Position numbers and translations under genes: made by a program
From: Hydrolagus affinis
Taxonomy: Eukaryota
Direction: 5' to 3'
Assembly: GCA_012026655.1 (NCBI GenBank)
Contig: JAAILG010000692.1
Location: 1-64,000, forward strand
DNA length: 64,000 bases
Shown here: piece after piece, positions 39,309-50,272 of the stretch
Layout: every line of letters starts with the position of its first letter
How positions within the stretch are numbered: position 1 is the stretch's first letter
Notes under the pieces: model-generated
What the model was told of the DNA's origin: nothing
The model's database searches: none
What the model saw: only the letters and a program-made list of their open reading frames with translations

Positions 39309-40149
39309 TGTAAATCAGAAAGGAGAATTTGTCCAAAAATTTGTCAAAATCCTTTTGCTCTCCCTGCAATTTGAACCCAAGCATTGAACTCACTGTTTGG
39401 GTGGTGTCCTTCCCATAACTTGACACCTTCTCCTCCCTCTAGGCTCACTATCAACAAAGAATGGCCCAAAGCTTTCCTTCAGTATTGTTAACATTGAGAC
39501 CTTCCCCCCTTGATTTTTGTTTGCTTGTACAGAACTCCAAATTAGCCTGCAGACAAAAATAAGTTCATCCATTGCATTGCCGTACAAATGATTGCATCCC
39601 ACTGAAGTTCTGGGGCAGCAACTCCATTGTTGAAAGACACTTGGTGTGTGTTAATGTCCAGACACTGTACGATGTCTGCTTTTGCATGCAATTAGTGTTG
39701 TCAGAATCTGTGATCTGGATGCCTGTTCTGACTGACATATGCAAGATGTAATACAGTGTGACACGATAATGCAAAGTCTTGCCCTTGATCACTTAGTTAT
39801 TTTGCCACCACACTAAGATGATTCCACTTCCTCCTTCTGTTTTACTGATTTGATGCTATTTGCTGTGGGAATAATTAGTTACTAATTGGAGGCTGATTAT
39901 CTTAATTAACTGGTGACTGTGAGTCTGCAACTGCATTAAAAAGTGACACATGTTACTGCAAATACCTCATCCAACACCATCAGAACTAATCCTAGAAAAT
40001 ATTTTGACAGCTTTTTGAACAAAGGAATCAAATTATGTTTAATTGAAGTTGGTATATACACTAATTGATTGTTAATTAATAGGTTTGCCATGATTCCTTT
40101 GTCACTGTAAATACAAGTACCATCCATTTTGCAACATAATTTGTGTAGG

Positions 40150-40322
40150 ACAACAGCAAAAAACTAATTACATTTGTAAAAGCGCCTTTCATGGCGGAAG
40201 GACGTCCCAAGGCACTGAACGATCAGAGGTCAGGACCCGAGCGTGGGGGTGGGGGGGGCAGGTTTGGGATGAGGGAGGGCAGCTGAAGGCACGATCAAAA
40301 AGGAGGGTCTGGAGTCATGCCT
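40150..40322 (-). mobile_element. L2 3' tail and UTR (family A)
   Basis: TTACATTTGTAAAAGCGCCTTTCATGGCGGAAGGACGTCCCAAGGCACTG..ACCCGAGC, G-tract. Confidence 0.8.
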
Positions 40323-40729
40323 TGATTAATTCCGGAAAGTACTAGTCACAGGTTTGGCAAGAGCCAAGACTTGAGGAGCCAGGAACACGATAAGGTTTTT
40401 AGATGGCACAGAACTGCAGTAAATTTATTTGAAATTCGGGTCTCAATTTGTAAGCTGTTTTTCTCCACAACTCTTCGAAAGAATTGATTTTTTTTCAAAT
40501 TAAAGACCGAATTGAACAATTTTCAACAATTCTGCGCAATCTTTTACTTCAAGACAAAATGGGCATCCAAGCTAAAACCAGGTGGAATTTCAGGCCTGAA
40601 AAGCTAATGAATTAATTTGCCTTTTTTTTTGTCTGCTGAAGATTCCTTCTCATTCACCACAGGCAGCTCATGTTTCACCATGGCTGTGGCTGCTGATTAT
40701 CTTATATTGTACTCCAGATATAGCAAAGG

Positions 40730-41110
40730 CCTGAACTTGATGGATAGGTCATTAAAACAGGAAGAATAAATCTTTAACAAGGACCTAAGTGCATTCTAAA
40801 GTATCTCTCAGGAGGCGTCAACGATAGAGCCGAAAATGGTAACTGTTAATTTTGTCAAGTTTGGGGTAGTGCTGGCTAGTTAGTGTCAATGTTAGGCTGC
40901 AGAAGGTTAATTAGGAGAGTGCTTTTTCATAAAATGCCTTCTTTCAAAATTCTCTGGCTTGGCTTGGCACCTTAATTGGACATTTTATTAAAAGAAAAAA
41001 AATTGTGCTAATGTACAGCTGATCTACACGACCTTAGCAGAGTCCAAAAAGTCAAAGTGATTTATTGAATTAACGAAGCTTGTTCCCTTAATTATTGAAA
41101 TTCAAGAGTA
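40730..41110. promoter_or_regulatory. Candidate conserved enhancer (PBX-HOX/MEIS motifs)
   Basis: TGATGGAT 40738-40745, TGATTTAT 41058-41065, TGTCA at 40853 and 40884, several TAATT cores, repeat-free; conservation not verified. Confidence 0.45.
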
Positions 41111-41919
41111 AACACTAGAGCTTGTAGGAACGAAAGGTCTATTTATACATTTTTCATCTACCGACTCTTCATCTTGTTCCTTTGCCGTCAGATAAGGTAG
41201 TTGAGTAGTTCACTCGGCAAACTTCTCTATGACTTACACAAACAATGAACAGTCAGTCACACAGTACAAATGGGCTTCGAGCTATCGCCACTGTTTGCTT
41301 TCTGGATCAGGTGGCTCTAGATTGACTCCAAGGCTGATTCACAAAGCTCTGTGCACTGCTAGCAAGGAATTTTGATCCATACAAGGAGTGAGAAGAGTGG
41401 TTAGAGTAGTTGGGTTATGGAGAGAAAATAAACCGTCAGAGACTTGATGGTGCAAATGACTTCTATATGTAATCACTATCGATCTGACTATTCATTTCTG
41501 ATGCCTGCAAATACATAGTTACTATACTTTACAGTAAACGCCTTTGAGGCACTTTGCAATGTACTGATGACATGATAAAACCCTATACCAAATGAAAGGA
41601 TTATTATTGTGATATGGAGGGAAAGTACTTTGAACGGTAGGTAAACCTCACTTTCCCTTTAAAGTGCTGAACTGTGATACTTGTGGTGTTTGTTGTGTTT
41701 GTTCCGTAATATTTGATGAGCTTCATATAAAACTGGATGGGACAGTGGAGGATGTTCACACAGTCATCATATTGCAGGCCAAAAAGAAGTCTGATTTAGA
41801 TCCTAATTGACACCACTCAGCGACTTGCATCCATTATTGTGGTTGATACTTTATCTCAGAATGTGCTGGATTGCAGTCAGCAAACCATGCATCTCAAACG
41901 CCAGTTTCAATCATATCAG

Positions 41920-41921
<2 letters not shown>

Positions 41922-41949
<28 letters not shown>
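41922..41949. repeat. (TG)n microsatellite
   Basis: Perfect TG run. Confidence 0.95.
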
Positions 41950-41952
<3 letters not shown>

Positions 41953-42559
41953 AAAAAGTTAACAAAAAACACTTGATCAAGTAATGAATGGCATACACTC
42001 TGTACAGGTGATACATGTTTACAGTAACAATTCACCAAATAAAAAAAAATTCACATATTCATCAAAGGGACTTCAGGAAAATCACCATTTGAAGAAGCTT
42101 GCACTTCAACTATCTTCCTTCATTCCTTCTGCCACCCACTCCACCCCCCACCCCCCCCCCACCGCTCCACTGACATGCTTCATGCTTCTCAGATTCTCAG
42201 CTTCTCAGCTTCTGTCAACTCTATTTTCATCCGATGTTTGCTGCTGGTTGCTCTTCCTGCTTTGGTGGTTAAATTCAATCTCTTTCTTTGTCAATTTTTT
42301 TAACGTGGTTAAAATTGTCCGAGCTCCGGTGGTTTTGTTAAGTGACGAGCAGACTCTTCCCGAAACCTTTCTACCGTGAATGGATGCTGATGCATTAATT
42401 GCACTTCCAAAAAAAATGAAAAAAACGCATGTGTTCCTGGCTTTCGCCTTCAAAATGCGAAACGGGCTACGGCTTGCTCTGTGAATCTGGGCTCTCGTGT
42501 GCATTACCATTTTTCCTATCAGTTCTGCTTGATGAAGTGTAGGGGTCAGAGGCCTTGCT

Positions 42560-42960
42560 TTTTTTTCAGCTTTTTCTGGTGCTTAACTGTGATTATTGCC
42601 AATGTTCAATGATTAAATGGTTTAACTCAACACCAGCAGTAAATTAAGAAGCAGACACAGTAAAAGAAACATGATTAACGGTGTTTTACCAGCTGCAAAT
42701 GCGTATATGGAGGTTTAAGAAGTCTTGGCCATTCTGATATCAGCTGCAATTCATAATTCTTGATGTTTATTATTGTAATAGTGATTAGCTTTGGCTTCAA
42801 TGGTGTTTTTTTTAAGAGTTGTGGGTAGGCAGTGAAGGGTTAATTAGCAAAGCAGGCCGACATTTAATTGCAAATAACTTTTACCTTTTGGGAGTTCAGG
42901 AACTTTATTTGTTTACATGAAGGTAAATTCCCTCTTATTTATTATTTTGTAATAGTTTAT
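42560..42960. promoter_or_regulatory. Candidate conserved enhancer
   Basis: Repeat-free block with GGGTTAATTAG, TTTAATTGC, TGATTAA, CAGCTG twice and TGTTTAC (FOX); conservation not verified. Confidence 0.4.
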
Positions 42961-43692
42961 TGATTTTTTTTCAAATCTGCTGAAGATTGAAAGCAGCATT
43001 AGAAAAGGTATAAGGTGTGTCAGTGGAAAGGCAGAGGCAGACTCAAACACACTCACTGCAATCTCTCGGATAATGAGTTTGATAAAAACATATTTCTTTT
43101 ATAGTGGTGTTTTATTTCTCTCAAGGGCAATCTTTTGGGCTTTTATATTGTTTAATAAAATCTTTGAAATCTAGCCAAACGCAGTTATTTATTGAACAAA
43201 ACCCATGTCGTAAAATAAGAGCTTCTCCACTATGGATTGGTCAATAACGTTTACAGTCCTTTTACTATCAGCATCTTTTTTAAAAGATAGAATTTTTAAG
43301 GTCAAGGTGACACCTGTTATTTTCCCAAAAAGAAAATGCCTTGCACTAATGAATGAAAATCATGAGCAATTTCACCTGGCAGTGGCTTTGTTAAGTATGA
43401 TTATTACTTTTATTATTACTATTATTATTCTTATTCTAGCCTCTTTACTTGTTATCTTGGCCAACTTCTCTCCAACACCGCATCACTTAATAACGCTACT
43501 CTTCTTTGGAACGGCATATTTGAAAGGTCTGAATATCACACTGTAGTGCAATCACCACCGCTTTCCATCCACCGCTATTGAAAGCATGAAAAATATTTGT
43601 TTAAAACCATATTGAGTAGTTCAGAGTGCTTTTTGCAGCTACAGTGCTGAATTCCTCTCCCCTCTTTGTTGGATAGCGTAGGCATATTCGGG

Positions 43693-44246
43693 CAACAACA
43701 ACATCTTGTATTTATATAGCGCCCTCCACGCCAGGCAGGGTCTCAGAGCACTTCACAGTAGTGGAGCCCGGGGCCGAGCCAGGCGGAGGGCAGGGCGAAT
43801 GTGACAGTAGGCGCGGTCGAACAGAAAGGTCTTCGGGTGAAGCGAAGTGATTGAGGGAGGGAGTTCCAGAGTTTGGGGTCAGAGGTAGTGGCTGAAAGCC
43901 CAGCCACCGATGGTGGAACGGAGGATTTGGAGGACAAGGAGGAGGCCAGACCCAGGAGAGTGGAGGCAGTGGGTACTGCTGTGAGGAAAGAGGAGGTTAG
44001 AGAGGTGGGGTGGGTGCAGAGGACTGGAGGGATTTAAACACAACAGTGAGGATCTTGAAGTCGATCCGCTCTGTGACAGGGAGCCAGTAAAGTCTAGCGA
44101 GGACTGGGGTAATCGGGGTATGGAGTTTGGTGCAGAGTTCTGTATGAGCTGGATTTTATGAATGGTGGCGGAGGGGAGACCGGAGAGGAGGGCATTGGAG
44201 TAGTCCAGCCGAGAGGTGACAAAGGCATGGATCAGGGTTTCGGCAG
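43693..44246 (-). mobile_element. L2 LINE 3' ~550 bp (family B) with ORF2 C-terminus
   Basis: Minus strand encodes [30 protein letters not shown], a typical L2 ORF2 motif; (GTT)n tail. Confidence 0.92.
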
Positions 44247-45126
44247 GTCAAGGCCAAGAATTTGCAGATAATCTCTAGTTCTGGATTCACAGTCTAAGAT
44301 ATATTGATTGCTACATCTATTTCATTCAGGTCTCTCATTTGTTCATGTTTACAGAGGGATGTGGAATAGAATGGTTTATGCTTTCATCTCCACATAATAC
44401 TATATCATATGAGCTGATATTGTAGAGTTGGCTAGGCTGTTTGTTGATGGAAATGCTGGATGTTGTCAGTATAACATGATAGACGAGTATTTCTTCAGCA
44501 CAGAGTATATCTCTCCTATGAATTATATATATATATCTATACTTATGAACGGTATATATTTCCCCTTATGTGTGGCGTCAATTTCTTCCATGAATGTTAA
44601 ATGCCTCTTATGTAAATGACAGATAGTTTTCCGATAAATGTCCTCGTTGCCTTATGAATGGTGTACCCTGCAAAATAAATATTCCAGCGCTCAAATACTG
44701 GGCCGAGCATCCAACCACTGACGCCTGACTTTTCCTAAAGTGTCACCTTGTTCAGCTTTTCTGTTTTAACTAGATACAGTCCGAATTCCACGTACACCAC
44801 ACGCAAAGTAACGCACCAGTTGAATAATAATGAACCACAAGAGGCAGCTTGGTATATTAAACATTTCAAATGTGTCTTTCAATGTACTTGCTAAGAGGAC
44901 CAAGAGAGTGGTTGGCCTCTCATGGTCATGTCTAACTCTTAAAAATTAGTTTAATTGGTGATTTGTGTGGAATGCATTATGTCTTTGATTAATTAACTGC
45001 TAAAATACAAATTTGCGGTAATTAAACAACAGCAGGTTTAATGACAAAATAATGATTGTGCTAAAAGTGTTTAATTGCATTAAGTTTACTGCAGGCAGGA
45101 TGATCCCAACCATAAAGATGTAATAG

Positions 45127-45312
45127 AAATAATAATAATAATCGTTGCATTTGATGTAGCGCCTTTCTTGTCTTCTAGACGTCTCAAAGCGCTTCACATA
45201 ATATACCGTGAAGTGAATTTGCCTGTGAATATTTGGGTGAAACGCGGCAGCCAATTGCGCACAGCAGTGTTCCACAAATAGTCATGAATTGAAATGACAA
45301 ATGTATTATTTT
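45127..45312 (-). mobile_element. tRNA-derived SINE, 5'-truncated
   Basis: Family tail and body. Confidence 0.9.
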
Positions 45313-45584
45313 ATTGCATTTATTATAAAGATTAAATCTGATTTTTACAAGAAATTAGATGATTTGAAAATCTATTTTGAAAGTTGTTTAAAAGAGCCAA
45401 GTCACGTTCTATCCACGTTTACTTCATGCTTGCCTCTCTTTCCTGATGTCGCATGAGCAACATGGAAACAGATGTACATTCATTTTCACCTGAAATGACT
45501 TTGTCTCTAAAAAGTATTCTTTATCACATACTTACAATCAATTTCTTTGTGTTAGAAATACTTTTGTGCATTCATATGAACTTG

Positions 45585-45945
45585 AATTCACAATCTAGGC
45601 TGACACTCCAATCCGATGCTGAGTGAGAGGTGCATTGTTGGAGGTGCAGTCTTCTGGATGAGATGTTAAATTGAGGTCCCAACTGCCTGTTCAGATGCAG
45701 GTTAAAGACCCAATGGCACTCGTGGAAAAGAGGAGGGAGTTTTTCCTGTGAATTTGTCCTTCAGTTCATGATTGTTGGTGGGATATTTAGGCTAAACATA
45801 ATTTGGTTGCAGTCATTTGCACTTTACAGTAAATCGTTGGAAGCACTTTGAGATGTCCTCTCTCTCTCTCTCTCTCTCTCACTCACTCTCTCTCTCTCTC
45901 TCTCTCGCTCATAAAAGGCACCAAATCAAATGTAAGGATTCTTGG
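45585..45945 (+). mobile_element. Old DeuSINE-like SINE with (CT)n expanded in the tail hairpin loop
   Basis: TCTAGGCTGACACTCC..GGATGAGATGTTAAA..AAGCACTTTGAGATGTC(CT)n..AAAAGGCACCAAATCAAATGTAAGG. Confidence 0.7.
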
Positions 45946-46634
45946 AATTATTTAGGATTTTCAACCCTGTCAACCCAAATATCAGCAATGTTAAGAAAAT
46001 GCCAATGTTCATTTTGGTAGCAAAGATTAAATTGGTTAAGAGAATAAGCAGAGGTAAGGTTCCCTTAAGTGTTAAGGCATTCATATTCTTATGTCTGGTG
46101 ATGTTGTCTGTTCTTGTTTTATACATCCCCGGTGAGCATAAAAAGACAGGCCAGCAGGCACAACAGCATGAGGTACTAATCACCTCCGATGTCTATTGAG
46201 GGGTAGGCTTTTACTTTCTCACATGCCAGACATTTGATTTCCGTAACCTCTACATTTCTTTTCCATTTTCCAGTAATGTCCCCAACTAGCAGTAAGTAAT
46301 TTACTGAATGCGCAGCACTTCCAATCTCCCGACATAATCGAATTTTCAAACTCACAGACCACATTCTCGGCAAGTAGATTCGAAAGGCTGGACGAGTTTG
46401 CAAGAGTTTCCGTAGATCAGAGCTCCCAGAGGTGCCCATGTGACTTCAGTCATGCAAAATACAATCAGTTGCTACAAATCCAATAAGTATTCCTCAAGTA
46501 CACAAACATGGACACTTTAATCTGGGCAGAGATCGAATTAGCCAATATTTCTTTTCAGTTTTCTCCCTTAATTCACTCTTAGCTCTGGACGCAAAAGAAA
46601 ACTCTCCATAGGTCGAAGGCTGAAATGAACATGC

Positions 46635-46900
46635 ACAACAACAACTTCCACTTATATAGCGCCTTCCATGCAGGGCAGCGTCTCAGGGTGCTTAACAGTG
46701 GCGGAGCCTCACTCTTAGCTGGGGGTGGGGTGGAGAGTGATCTTAAATATGGTCGAAAAGGAAGGTTTTAAGGCAGGACTTGAAAAGGCAGAGAGAGAGA
46801 TGGCGGCAGAGGGATTGAGGGAAAGTGTTCCAAAGTTTTGGGGTAGCAGTGGCTGAAAGCGTGATCTACTATGGTGGAGCAGAGAGGCCGGTGCCAGACT
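46635..46900 (-). mobile_element. L2 3' fragment (family B)
   Basis: CAACAACAACTTCCACTTATATAGCGCCTTCCATGCAGGGCAGCGTCTCAG..GGAGCC, as at 43693. Confidence 0.8.
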
Positions 46901-47024
46901 TAATCTTGCTGCACTAGATGAAGAGGCGTGGTTGCAGGGAGAAAAAATGGATGTCAGCTCCTTAAGCCACCCGTAGAGCAATGGTTGCCTCAAAAAGCGC
47001 GAAATTGGAATTAAAAGTACTGTA

Positions 47025-47111
47025 TTAGGAGAGATACAGATCAGCCAAGATATAATTAAATGGTGGAACAGGCTCGACGGGCTGAACAGCCTACATTCCT
47101 ACGTTCCTACA
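47025..47111 (+). mobile_element. CR1 3' end
   Basis: ACAGATCAGCC..GGTGGAACAGGCTCGACGGGCTGAA..CCTAC..(TTCCTAC). Confidence 0.7.
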
Positions 47112-47319
47112 TCCAATAGAAATATTGAGATATCTCTATTCTCCTTGAAGCTCTACAGGAAAGCTACCACAGGTGAAGGGCACTACACTACATATAAATG
47201 CAAGTTGCCATCTTATGGGCAAAGTCTGATTACTGTTTATCACACCGCTACCTTCATTGCCTTGAGCTCGGATTGATAGTCTCGCGCACAAAATCATTTT
47301 GCATTGACACTCGGGCACA

Positions 47320-47900
47320 AACAGGGTTAACGGATGAATACTATCAGCATCTGTACATTGAGTAATTTCCATAGAAGCCCAAGAGTACTCAAAAAATTGA
47401 CTTGCCCTTCAAAACAATATAGCTCATCATGAATTAGACAAGGGGCTGCCTGGTTATACCGGCTAAGGCTGCTGTTTATCAAACTGTCACTCCTGATATA
47501 TTGTGCCGCCGGTGGATTTGCTGACTTGGTGACAAACGTTTCCACTGACCAGTGAAGAAGGCACGGAGAATTTATGTCATTAATCAAGGAGCTCGGGAAT
47601 ACAGTTGGAGAAGCTAGCAATGTCCAAATAGCAAAAGAGGAACACAAATCCTCCAAAGCAGATTAGGTTTTCTGCCATTGGCAGCCAGTTTACAGGCCCA
47701 GGGAATTCCTGGCTCTGTTTAGATTTAAAATGCTCTCTGCATCACTGATTCTCCTCGGCTTGGTGATGTCTGCGGAGAAAAAATTGTCACACGTGTAATT
47801 GCATTGTGATTGATGGACTCTTCATCTGCATGAGATTTGCCCTGATATAATTTGCCCTGTAATGCGCTTTGAAATTAAGAATTGAGCAGTCACCTTCAAG
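47320..47900. promoter_or_regulatory. Candidate conserved enhancer with TGATTGATGG
   Basis: TGATTGATGG 47807-47816 with TGTCA at 47785, GTCATTAATC, TAATTGC; conservation not verified. Confidence 0.45.
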
Positions 47901-48037
47901 AAAGAACCAAACATGATGCCTATGGAGATTGGGGAGGAGGTTCCAATACATGCTGGTCATTGCTAAGCACGCCGCAACGCAGTTTTGCACAGATGCAAAG
48001 ACTTTTATATTAATCCAGGTTTCAGGCTTCTCACAAC

Positions 48038-48259
48038 GGATTTATGAATGGTGGCGGAGGGGAGACCGGAGAGGAGGGCGTTGGAATAGTCCAGCCGAGA
48101 GGTGACAAAGGCATGGACCAGGGTTTCGGCAGGTCAAGGCATATTCCAAGAATTTGCAGATAATCTCTAGTTCTAGATTCACACTCTAAGATATATTGAT
48201 TGCTACATCTATTTCATTTAGGTCTCTCATTTGTTCATGTTTACAGAGGGATGTGGAAT
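48038..48259 (+). repeat. Direct duplicate of 44151-44367
   Basis: Near-identical ~220 bp comprising the L2 5'-truncation end plus ~120 bp of flank. Confidence 0.92.
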
Positions 48260-48589
48260 GGGATGGTTTTGCATTTTTCATAGTGGTTTTGATACTACTT
48301 CTTTGGTGTTGATTTACTCTAGGTATAGCCTCGAACAGAACCATTCTTGATCATTTTATGGGTAGCCGCTCAATCTGATTAAATGGCAGTGATATAAAAT
48401 ACAGGGTACTCACCGAGGATAGATTGATTGTATACTTTAGATCTCTTTCCCACTTTTTATCTTTTGATCCGCAGTTGTAATAGGAGGAGACTGCACAGTG
48501 TAATATAAGGAGTTTGTACAACGCGTCTCCATGATCTATGTTCACCCTGTAAACTGTTATTTTTAATAGGTACTTATTTTCAGACTTGC

Positions 48590-49245
48590 ATTAGCAAAGG
48601 GGCTCTGGGTGGAGGCAGAAAGGCTGAAGGTGTCTGTTTGTGTGGACCGGAGGGAGCAGCCTGGTGGGTAACGGTTTAATAATAATAATCCTTGCAATTT
48701 GATATAGCACTTTTCATGTCTTCTAGACATCTCAAAGCTCATTACAGAATATACTATAAAGTGAATTGATTGTATATTTGTGGGAGAAACACGGCAGCCA
48801 ATTGCACACAGCAGTGTCCCACAAACAGTCGTGGATTGAAATGGACAATTTGTTATTGTTTTTTTTGGAGGGCTTATTATTAGGCGTGTGGAGTGAAGAA
48901 ATTTGCCCAAGGTTTTTTCCCTGCCTGGAATTGAACCCAGGTCTCCTAGTTGTAAGGTGAGCGCTCTAACCACTGAGCTGCAGGACTCCACCTGTAGGTC
49001 GCACCTGTAGGTTTAGCAGGTCGCAGAGGTAGGGAGGAGGAGCAAAACCATGGACGGCTTTAAAAGTGAGGACGAGGATCTTGAACTTGATCGTCTGCGG
49101 GGATGGATGGGGAGCCAGTGAAGCCAGGTGTGGATGGAGATGACCAGCTCACGTGAGTTTACTGCAGGAGAGGTCACGAGCTGCAGAGTTCTAAATAATC
49201 AGCAGCTCGTGGAAGAGAAGAGTTGAGCAGTCCGGCAAGCAGGAA
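48590..49245 (-). mobile_element. L2 ORF2 fragment interrupted by a full-length SINE (48678-48989, -)
   Basis: L2 sequence aligns to 60930-61190 on both sides of a complete SINE. Confidence 0.88.
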
Positions 49246-50272
49246 GTCAGCCTAGCTAGTCAAACAACACGCAGGAAATGATCCTAATCAGATATGCTCC
49301 AAAATCGCCCCATATATCAATGATTGCAATAAATGATAAAGATCGGAACGTCAGCTGAATCTGTGCCTTGTGTCTACACTGTAGGTTTGGTAATTGGACC
49401 TTCTAAGGCAGCGCCAGGCTCACATAGATCAGGTGTCTCTCTCTCCATGTCTGCCACATAACACATTTTTTAACAAGCCTTGTCGTTTATTCTGAAAGCA
49501 GAGAAGCTACATCTCAGTTACACATCTGCAGCACATCTCTCCTCCGCTCTGTTTTGCTTTGGGATCAAAACCTGCTCGTTCCCGAATGGGGGAAGAAACC
49601 AAATTTTGTTGTTTTTTTCTTCAAGTTCCAGGTACGTAGTGTTTCCTGGGATGACAAACGTAAGAACTTCCCGATCTTTTTTTTATATCTTTTTTTATCT
49701 CCAGCTTGACAGTCCCCTCCATGGGCTGATTAAATTATAAAACGATGAAAAGTGCCCCACTGAGTTCAAGAATCTATTTGCTGCTACTGCCTGGTGCACT
49801 CCATGAATAATACAAAGCTTGTTCAACCGTGTGAAACAGACAGTCAGTTGAGAACTCCATGTCAGCAATAAGCCAGCATCTCTCAGTGAGTCCTGGTTCC
49901 CGATCACTATTACAACAATTTCTTTTTATAAAAAAAAATATATTCTTTGGTCAGCTGGTTGTCTGACGCATTCATAAACCCATCACCGTGCTTAAGGTAA
50001 TCCAAACCAAACTGAGAATCCTACGCAACCGCCTACATATGCAAATTCCCCCAAATAGATTGTTGGAATGGATTGCGTACTCTCTCCCCGGAGGGACGCA
50101 TTCTGCTTACCTCATTCCGGAAAGTGCGGAGCGTAATTTGGCAAGAGCCAAGGCTTAGGGATCCCAGAGTGTGCTTTGGGGGGATACAATAGAACTAGGT
50201 ATTAAAGCCACAGAGCTTGCCATTGATAGCAATGTCTAAGCTTTCCCATTGCTCCTCCAGCTAGGACCTGTC

